NCBI GenBank assembly: GCA_951406725.2
Contig: OX597815.1
Span: forward strand, 197,842,001-197,906,000
Length of the DNA stretch: 64,000 bases
Source: Octopus vulgaris
Taxonomy: Eukaryota
Reading direction: 5' to 3'
Part shown: positions 55,710 to 64,000 of the stretch, piece after piece
Position numbering within the stretch: the first letter of the stretch is position 1
Layout: every line of letters begins with the position of its first letter
The notes under the pieces: model-generated
What the model was told of the DNA's origin: nothing
Database searches by the model: none
Seen by the model: the letters and a program-made list of their open reading frames with translations, nothing else
Made by a program: the position numbers and the translations under genes

Positions 55710-57349
55710 TACACTCACTCACACACTCACTCACACACACATTCAAACACAATCATACATTCGGACACATATAAATGAAAGCACGTTTTGCGTTTCCAAA
55801 TATTATGAATGCCGTATCAAACCTTAACACTGAGCAACCTCTCTGAACTGAAATACAGAAAATTGTTAGGTCACAACATTCAGGCTGCTCGTTCGCAGAA
55901 TATATTTGAACGGGATATCATTTGAGCGATGGTGATTAACTTGTGGCTATTAGTAAATTTTAGAAAAAAAATTAAATAAAAGCTCTTGAATGACAAATAG
56001 GATGACTGACACAGTAAATGAACAATGTGATTGACACACTTGAAAAGGATTTCACAAAACTACATGAAAAGACTGATTCTGTCATTGATGATAGGCATTA
56101 GGTTATATATGTAAGTACGTTTATTTGAAGCGTTTAATATTTTTTCTACGACCGTAAATGATGATGTAGTGAATACTCCCAAATTTCATAGAGAGTGTAG
56201 AATTAATTTTGGCAGTGCCTACTTGCTTCAATGAAATGTTCAGTATAGGCAACTCTCTACATATATTTTATGCGATTAATAAAAAAGGTAGAATACAAAC
56301 AGAAAATAATGGGTCAATTCTTACGAGGCTACGTCGTGTCTGGATATCGTTATGTTGAATGTGTAACATCTGAAGATTATTTCTTTAGTAATACGGAAGA
56401 AACATTATCAGTCGAGTGAGGATTGAAATACATATTAGATATTTTAAAAATTATATTTAAAGCGTATACACCTGATTCTCTTATGTGGAACATCAGTCAA
56501 CCGACACGAAACAATTCATTTTAAAACATAAAATACTACATTGGGGAGAGATTCATAGCGAAACAACATTTACATTAATTACCATTGCCAAATTGCATTA
56601 CGGAAAATACCGCATTCTGTTTCTATGGCAGGCGCTACAGTTTTATTTAAATGCAATATATCAATTTTAACTAGGTTATTCTCGAATTTAAATATAGGTT
56701 ACTGCTAAGACTATAAAACAGATGCGATATTTGAAAACTACGATTTGGCACACACTTTTACCTAGATAAAATCTATATCAATTATAATAGTTGATGCAGT
56801 AAACAATTTCAAATAATCTAAACATCAATAGAATCACCTCTTTTAAATTCATTTTTGAAAAAGGAATAAAAAAAATATATTTCAAATATAGAAATTGAAA
56901 GGAATAAATAATTTCAATCATGCATAAAGGGAAATTGCATCCCTCAAGATTTATGAATAACACGTTTCAGATACGGAATTACTGAGAAGTCATTATATAT
57001 AAATGTGTGTGTATGTTTGTGTGTATATATATTCATACAGATATATATATATATATATATATATATTCATACACACGCACACACACATAGGTATGTATGT
57101 ATATGCACTTATGTATTTATTATTGCCGTTTTATATCTGTGAGCAACAGAAACGGCTGATAAAATTAGGCCAATTTATATTTTATAACGGGATATTGCTG
57201 CAAGTAAAATGAGCAGCAGCAAGCCAATAAATAATCTATGCGACAATATAGCGAGTTTGTATTAGTGAATTGTAAAGAATATATGCGTATATATACATCA
57301 CGTCAGCTCATAAAAAGTGAATTTTAATAATCATCTGTATGTTAATATT

Positions 57350-57545
57350 AAGGCGGCGAGCGATCTGGGTAAGAAGCTTAACTGCATTTTATCTGTCATT
57401 ATGTTCTGAGTTCAAAATCCGTCCAGGTAAACTTTGCCTTTAATCCCTTCGTGGTCGATTGAATATGTACTAGTTAAGGACTGTTATAGATTTCATCGAC
57501 TTATCCATCCCTCAAAATTGCTGGCCTTGATCAAAAATTTGAATT
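57350..57545 (+). mobile_element. SINE family B, degenerate
   Basis: GGCGGCGAGC..GTTCTGAGTTCAAAATCC..ACTTTGCCTTTAATCC..GGTCGAT. Confidence 0.7.
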
Positions 57546-60327
57546 GAATTTCGCTTGCGCATCGAAATTTCGTGCTTCAATATTTCAGCATAGATGTATC
57601 AACAGAATAATATTTCCGAAGTAACACTTTATACTTAACTTACATGAATATGTATTTTTGATGTAAAAACTATGTCCTTATTCTGATAAAAAGAAATGCA
57701 CAAATTCCTATATTTGAAAATTATCTTTAAAATTTTTGGACAGATTCTTTCTGAATTTATTCTGACAACTCTGTTTATAGTTGGAAGATTTATCCACACA
57801 GCTCCTTATATACACGAGGTTCGGAAATAAATTCCAGATAAGAAAATGTATATAGTTATTTAATACTGATTTTTAGAAAATATAAATATTTATATTTATA
57901 TATAAATATATATAATTATATTTCACCTGTACTGTATAAGTAATGAGTGCGTGGCCAATTGAACGATGGAATATTCATATACAATAATAATTAAATACAA
58001 AATAACTTTCATTTTGACTGCCATGTTCTGAGAATATTAATACTCTCGCATATCCCTGGTCTGATATGATTTTGAAAATATGTTACCCGATTCGAGGCAT
58101 AATGCCTATACTCGATGCATACCAGTCTAACTGAAGATATACTATATCTACATCCCAAAGGTCTTACTCTACAAACTATCATAAATGCTGAGCTGTACGA
58201 GTGCTCACTTTTGCGTCGGTTGTAGAGATAATACTCGCTGTCTTAAGTCAATATATATATGAAATGGTCGATGCAACAGAGGGTTGAATACGTTGGTGCA
58301 TTGAAAAATACGTTGGTGCATACGTTGGCCTGTATATTTGTCTATTTGCTTATAAGTACACTGGTGCAATTGGATGTGTGTTCCATTATAATGAGCTTAA
58401 CGCAACCGTGTTTATTGTGTTATTCATGGTGTAGTAAATAAAAAAAAATTTGTGTCTGTGTGTGTGACTGTTTGTGTGAATGCCTGTGGATAAATTATTT
58501 TTTGTGTCTCTGTATGCGGCAAAGAGCGTCAGTCTTTTATTCACTCAAGCGCGCACACACACTCATACACTTACACACTCTAAGATTCTCATGCATATGG
58601 TAGTATTAATTTCCACAAGAAAATAAATTGTTCCTATTATGGTTAAACAAACCCAAAGTGAATAGCCTGCAATCATGACTAACGGAAGCTGCGATTGCTA
58701 TTTCGCTTGCTATTCTCGTATTATGATAATCATAGCTATTTATCGACTAATTTGTTTTGTTTTTTTTTCTTGTGTAGATTTAAATACGTTTATGTGGATT
58801 ACGTATCTAATCTTCAAGCATTATTTAATTTATGGCGAAGTTTACAGAACTTGGACATTTTGAAGACATTATGAAATATGGAGATGTTAATGATATAAAG
58901 AAAAGTCGCTCATATTTACAGTTCATCTTCAAATATTCGACTCCCAGATATCGTCCACTCAATCTGTCGTGGACGGCCGAATTGCTTATCGTTTACATCA
59001 TGTTTCAATTGTCAAATAAACAACTTAAATCTATGGCGTACGTAATTCGTAATAAATACAAATTTCCGATGCAAATAATTATTCAAAGAATCTTTTAGGT
59101 AATTTCAAATTCTTAATTGCTGCATTCAAACATTGAGAACCTACATATTAGATCGTTGAGGTATTAGAGGGCTCAATGTCATTACTATAATCCAGAATGT
59201 CTGTTGATTGGTTGACGTAATAACACAAACTAGTAACAGAATTCTAATACAAATTCTGAAAAGATTACTAGACCGAAAATTTGAGAAAACTAAGAGATAA
59301 AGTTATGATGGTTCTTGATAAAGTGCGGAGATATCTAGCAGTATCAGTATAATATATTAAGGGAACGTATACAAACTGAATGCATTAGATATTGAGATAC
59401 AATATACTGGATTTACTTAATACTACAAAATCACCCCTTCATTAGAAATTAAGTATATGTTTAATTGTCTTGGAATAAATCAATCCAATATTTGTCTACG
59501 AATCAAGAGGGGGACTGTGTAGTATCACACTTATTACCTATATGCCGCTTGTATATTACTATTTTCATATTGTTTTAGTTGCAGAAAAGATTGAAGCGAA
59601 GAAGAAATTATAGTAAGAAATCGATAACTTTGAGAATTGCACATATCGTGATTGTAATATCCGTGTTATGTTACTTTTGACATTTTGTAAAGCATACTTG
59701 TTATCTAAATATATGGAACGATGGTTCACTTGTCTCGTGAAAATTCTAAATTTCATTCATTAAAGTTTCAGTCCTACCAATCAAGTATCAATGGTCATGA
59801 AAAACAATGCAACTTGTCATGTTATAAATGGAAATGCTTTCCAACTCCGCAGATTAATATATACTCGGCAACATATCGAACACAGACTGAAAAAGATTTT
59901 GAGCATGTTAGTATCAGAAAACGGAATCATAATTTTATAAAGTCGTGATATCAAAATTGAGATCTAATATATAGCATTTATTTTTGTAAATAGTCAACAT
60001 TCCGAAGCATTATCATTATCAGCAAATTTGTGCGCGTACAGCTGTCCGAAGCAGAAGGCATATTTCAGTGAGATTCGCGAATCTAAAATCAAATGTGTAT
60101 TCATTTTAAATGAATACACATTTATCAAGAGTTAAATGAGATATATAATACAATCATGCTACAGTTTCCATAGAATAGTTGACGTATAACTTCATAAGCA
60201 CTCCAGGCATATATTGAAGTAGATTTACACAATTTATATAGTGCATTATATGTACTTTACATTTATTAAACATTTGGAACACCACCCTCTATTTGATCCG
60301 AAATATCTCGCGATGTATATATATATA

Positions 60328-60535
60328 ATCTCCCAAGACCGAGATAATTCAAAAGAATAAAGCAACAATGCGTAGAGTTGGTACATGCACAGTATTATTG
60401 AGACGCCCAGGGGAGGAATAAGTGGGTATTATGTGTTTTGAACAAAGCTCTTCTTCAGAAAACAGGAGACAAGAAAGCCCAAGAGAAAAGAAAGACGAAG
60501 GAAAAGAATCGCCTACAATCCACATGTAGTTACAT
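60328..60535 (-). mobile_element. Penelope pLTR-like fragment between (TA)n tracts, with a decayed hammerhead
   Basis: Reverse complement CTGAAGA-A-GAGC-TTT-GTTC-AAAA; GAAA reads AAAA, consistent with CpG decay; about 60430-60462. Confidence 0.5.
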
Positions 60536-60617
<82 letters not shown>

Positions 60618-60625
<8 letters not shown>

Positions 60626-60883
60626 TAATGAGGGTTTAGAAATAAATTCTGTAGCCTATATGCTGAGAAATACACGCTAAATCGTCTCACTACTAAAAAA
60701 GGGACAAATACATGTTGAATTCGACACAAGAAGCAAACATAAATTATTCATAATTTGGTTTATTATGTCGAATTCAACACGGATTTGTGACTTTTTTTTT
60801 AATGCTGAGAAGATTTGGCGTCTATTTCTCAGCAGATATGCTACAAGATTTCTTTTTTTTTTTTTCGCCTTTATTATAATTAT
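60618..60883. repeat. Diverged fold-back (arms about 120 bp), MITE-like, adjoining (TA)n
   Basis: TGCTGAGAAATA.ACGC.AAATC / GATTTGGCGTCTATTTCTCAGCA and TGTTGAATTCGACA / TGTCGAATTCAACA; ends TATAATTATAAT / ATTATAATTATA. Confidence 0.8.
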
Positions 60884-60961
60884 ACATATATTTCACCTTA
60901 ATCGGTCTTCTCTTTTATATACTGACCACTGATGAATTTAATAAAAAAAGTTTTATCCTTT

Positions 60962-61009
<48 letters not shown>

Positions 61010-62319
61010 TATATACAAATTTATTTATTTATTTGTATGTATATGTATATACAATGTATATATATGTGTATGTGGATCTATCTATGTGTACGTATGTAAA
61101 TTGTATGACAAAATTTGCCTGCTATAAATTTTGCCGCGTACACAATGCAAGAAACTATTAATACCTCCTTTATTTTCTTTACCTACTGTGTAAAATAACC
61201 TAACTTTGGACTCATAATAAAAGATACGAGTAATAGCATACGGAGTAGATATGGTGTTCTGAATATTCTAAATTTGTTGCATTAAATTACAAATTGCGCG
61301 AGATGATTACATAGATAGATAGATGGCTAGATAGATAGATAGATAAATGGACAGGTAGATAGATAGATAAATAGACAGATAGACAGATAGATAGATACAT
61401 AATAGATTCATCAAGATACACATGTTAGTGTATATGTAAGTATGTGCACATATATGCATGAATGTAAACTTATGTGTATATAAATATCTGCATATATACA
61501 TACATATCTATGTAAAACTGGTACATAAGGTCACATTAAGGACACGGTCTCTCACAAAAGCGGTTGTGTCATGTGATGCTGGGTTGTAGATGCTGTTGTG
61601 AATCAATTGTCGTGACACAACCGCGCACTCCACGTAAACAGCGTGCGGCCATTGTGAGGACGACCAGCTCCAAAACGAAAACAATTCTGCATGCTGCGTC
61701 CAGGCACGAACGGTCACATTAAGAAAATGGTTTTCTAACAAACGTTGTTGGGTCTTATATGTATAGTTTTGCTATTTTTTAGTCGGTTAATGTATATACG
61801 ATATATCAATTTGAATCAACAGTTGAATAATATTTGTATGGGCTTCGTCTATGCTCAGAAGGAAGACTTTGATACTGAAGCTAAAAGAATATAATTGAAT
61901 AGTACTCAGGATATAACATATTCTAGTATATTTGTTATAATAAACATAGTGCATTCCAAACCGTTTTTACTCCAGCAAATAGCTACCTGTGGCACTACAG
62001 GAACAGTCTATTATCGCTACCACTTAGACAACGCAGTTTGACGTCTACATCGGTTCATCCATTTAATACAAACTATTTTTTCAAGTTTGAACAAAAGCAA
62101 TGCGTGGACCATGCGGGCAGTCGTACGTACCCTAGGAAGGAGGCTTTCTGCTCCCTTGGTCCCATTATTCCTTATGTGAAAACTTTTAAGAGTCTAAACC
62201 CATCTCTGGAACACAAGTAAAGTATGTTTCCAGTTTGCAGAAAATCGGTCGTGGACTTCAGAAATTTTACGGGTTTAAGCGCAAGCGCACACACACACGC
62301 GCACACACACACGCACACA

Positions 62320-62375
<56 letters not shown>

Positions 62376-63383
62376 CATGCACGCACAAACCCAGTTTTAT
62401 ATATATAAAGATCGTTATTATTCAGTGTATTGTATTGGCATATATTCTTCCCTCAAAGTTGCTAAATTTTGTCTAAACCAGAACGTATATGCACCTATAT
62501 AGGGAATTATACTTAAAACTTGATTATGAATACATGATGGGTTGTTGCTGCTTAATAGCAACAGAGACAAACGGAATTTATTCGATTCCTTATTATTTTT
62601 CTTCTTCCGTATAGACTCGAGTATTGAATAATCATTAGGAAATATATACGTGATAAAATTGAAAGCTGTGATGATCCACAAAGCTATTTTCAGATCTGCA
62701 GCTAAATCAACTGCCACTTAGTTATTACTTGAAACTGACATATTGCAACGTAAGCTATGATTACCTAAAACATAAGCAAAACAATACATAAAACCATGAC
62801 GATAACGATAATTATATTTCAAATATCAACTATGGAAATATCGAGTACTATAATTAGATATGACAGTGGTGAGTGACTGTTTTCAATAGCTTTTAAATAT
62901 ATGAAATCTAGATTTACACAGAAACAAACATACTTATAATAACAGAGTATTTGTCTCTGTGAATAATATTTCGAAATATTTGATTATAATGATATTTGTT
63001 TCGTAACTTATCATTAATAAAAGAATAAATTGAAACACAGTTTATTAAAGAAAACTTAAGCAAATGTGAGCTATCTGAATTATGTATTAAACATAAATGC
63101 TCATGCAATCATAACACAAGTGACTAGAATTGAAATGAAACAATTCATGCAGTTTTACACATGAAACAAAATATTTCAACAGATTTAAGCAAATTATATT
63201 CGTTTACTACTGCATGTTCTCGATATTGTGATCACACAAAATTTTATTTTGTGTGATCACAATATGTTTTATTTTTATGTCGCTAACTAGATTATATTTG
63301 ATAATTAAAAATAACGCTGTGCACATGCTTTAAATATGTAAGTAGAGTATTTTCAGTAAACAGTTATATAATACCTAAAAGAA

Positions 63384-63850
63384 GTGCGGCGAGCTGGCAG
63401 AAAAGTTAGCATGCCGGGCGAAATGCGTAGCCGTATTTCGTCTGCCGTTACGTTGTGAGTTCAAATTCTGCCGAGGTCGACTTTGCCTTTCATCCTTCCG
63501 GGGTCGATAAATTAAGTACCATTTACGCACCGGGGTTTATGTGATCGACTTAATACTTATGTCTGTCCTTGTTTGTCCCCTCTATGTTTAGCCCCTTGTG
63601 AGTAGTAAAGAAACAGGTATATAAGACCTAAAAAAAATGTTTTCTTTGTCTTAAGGCTGGAAGAAATGTTAGCATGCTCGGTAAAATGCTTAGCAGTATT
63701 TCGTATGTCTTTACGTTGTGAGTTCAAATTCCGCCGAAGTAGACTCTGCCTTTCATCCTTTCGGGGTCGATAAATTAAGTACCAGTTACCTACTGAGTTC
63801 AATATAATCTACTGTACACCGCCACCAAAAAAATCGGGCCTCGTGCAGTT
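63384..63850 (+). mobile_element. Two tandem SINE family B copies (63384-63615; about 63655-63850)
   Basis: Both match the 25933 copy. Confidence 0.88.
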
Positions 63851-64000
63851 TGGTTGAGTGTCACTCTGTTATTATTTTTGCTCCGTATTCGTCGTATGTT
63901 TTAGAGTTATGTAACCAAACATACTTTTGCTTTACGCCTAAAGATAAATCTGTGTAATTAGAAAACGAGATGAAATCCTATTAATGAGAAAATGTAACAA

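Overview
This is AT-rich, repeat-dense eukaryotic DNA with no recognisable host gene, so intergenic or intronic. The SINE families, (TA)n/(CA)n/(AAT)n microsatellites and transposon mix resemble an octopus or other cephalopod genome; that is an inference from remembered repeat families, not a search. The recognisable coding remnants are all transposon pseudogenes: two Tc1/mariner (DD37D-like) transposases, a Chapaev3-type transposase, R4/Dong-like RLE non-LTR fragments (one sitting in (TAA)n), and two Penelope-like (GIY-YIG) fragments. There are also non-autonomous Helitron-like elements and about 30 tRNA-derived SINE copies or fragments in three families. The most notable signal is a set of minimal type-I hammerhead ribozyme motifs (CUGANGA...GAAA-palindrome-UH). 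They lie in short non-coding, often fold-back modules beside (TA)n tracts, including a 1.06 kb element with a hammerhead in each 324-bp inverted arm and a perfect 378-bp palindrome. Nearly all ORFs in the supplied track are microsatellite artefacts.
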